Origin: the human T2T-CHM13v2.0 reference genome, Homo sapiens
NCBI RefSeq assembly: GCF_009914755.1
Contig: NC_060946.1
DNA: 64,000 nt
Reading direction: 5' to 3' (one strand)
Part shown: in pieces, positions 62,470-64,000 of the stretch
Numbering within the stretch: position 1 is the stretch's first letter
Layout: the number at the start of each line of letters is the position of its first letter
Program-made: the position numbers and the translations under genes
Notes under the pieces: model-generated
What the model was told of the DNA's origin: nothing
The model's database searches: none
Seen by the model: only the letters and a program-made list of their open reading frames with translations

Positions 62470-64000
<1,531 letters not shown>

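Overview
This is primate, almost certainly human, genomic DNA that is GC-rich and very Alu-dense. The only intact protein-coding gene is RPL3 (uL3) on the minus strand. All 10 exons were resolved by hand with GT-AG junctions; the CDS totals 1212 nt (403 aa), with TSS ~48275 and AATAAA at 41550-41555. Its introns host four box C/D snoRNAs: SNORD43, SNORD139/U86, SNORD83A and SNORD83B. From recall, human RPL3 lies on 22q13.1 between PDGFB (left of this window) and SYNGR1 (right). The rest is mostly interspersed repeats (Alu, L1, MIR, L2, MLT1/MST, ERV1 LTRs, Tigger/MER elements) plus GC-rich, probably regulatory sequence. Nearly all ORFs in the supplied track are Alu-derived or chance. The best candidate for something undescribed is a ~366-codon, single-frame, hydrophobic reading frame at 56518-57615 (+), broken by only three in-frame stops. 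It ends in a stop that overlaps AATAAA and has motif-level resemblance to TMEM270/WBSCR28, so it may be an unannotated unitary pseudogene. Also notable are a structured SNORD139/poison-exon module in RPL3 intron 3, a Met-Ala-stop uORF overlapping the RPL3 start codon, and a 37-bp fold-back hairpin inside an Alu. Repeat family names and boundaries are from recall and are approximate.
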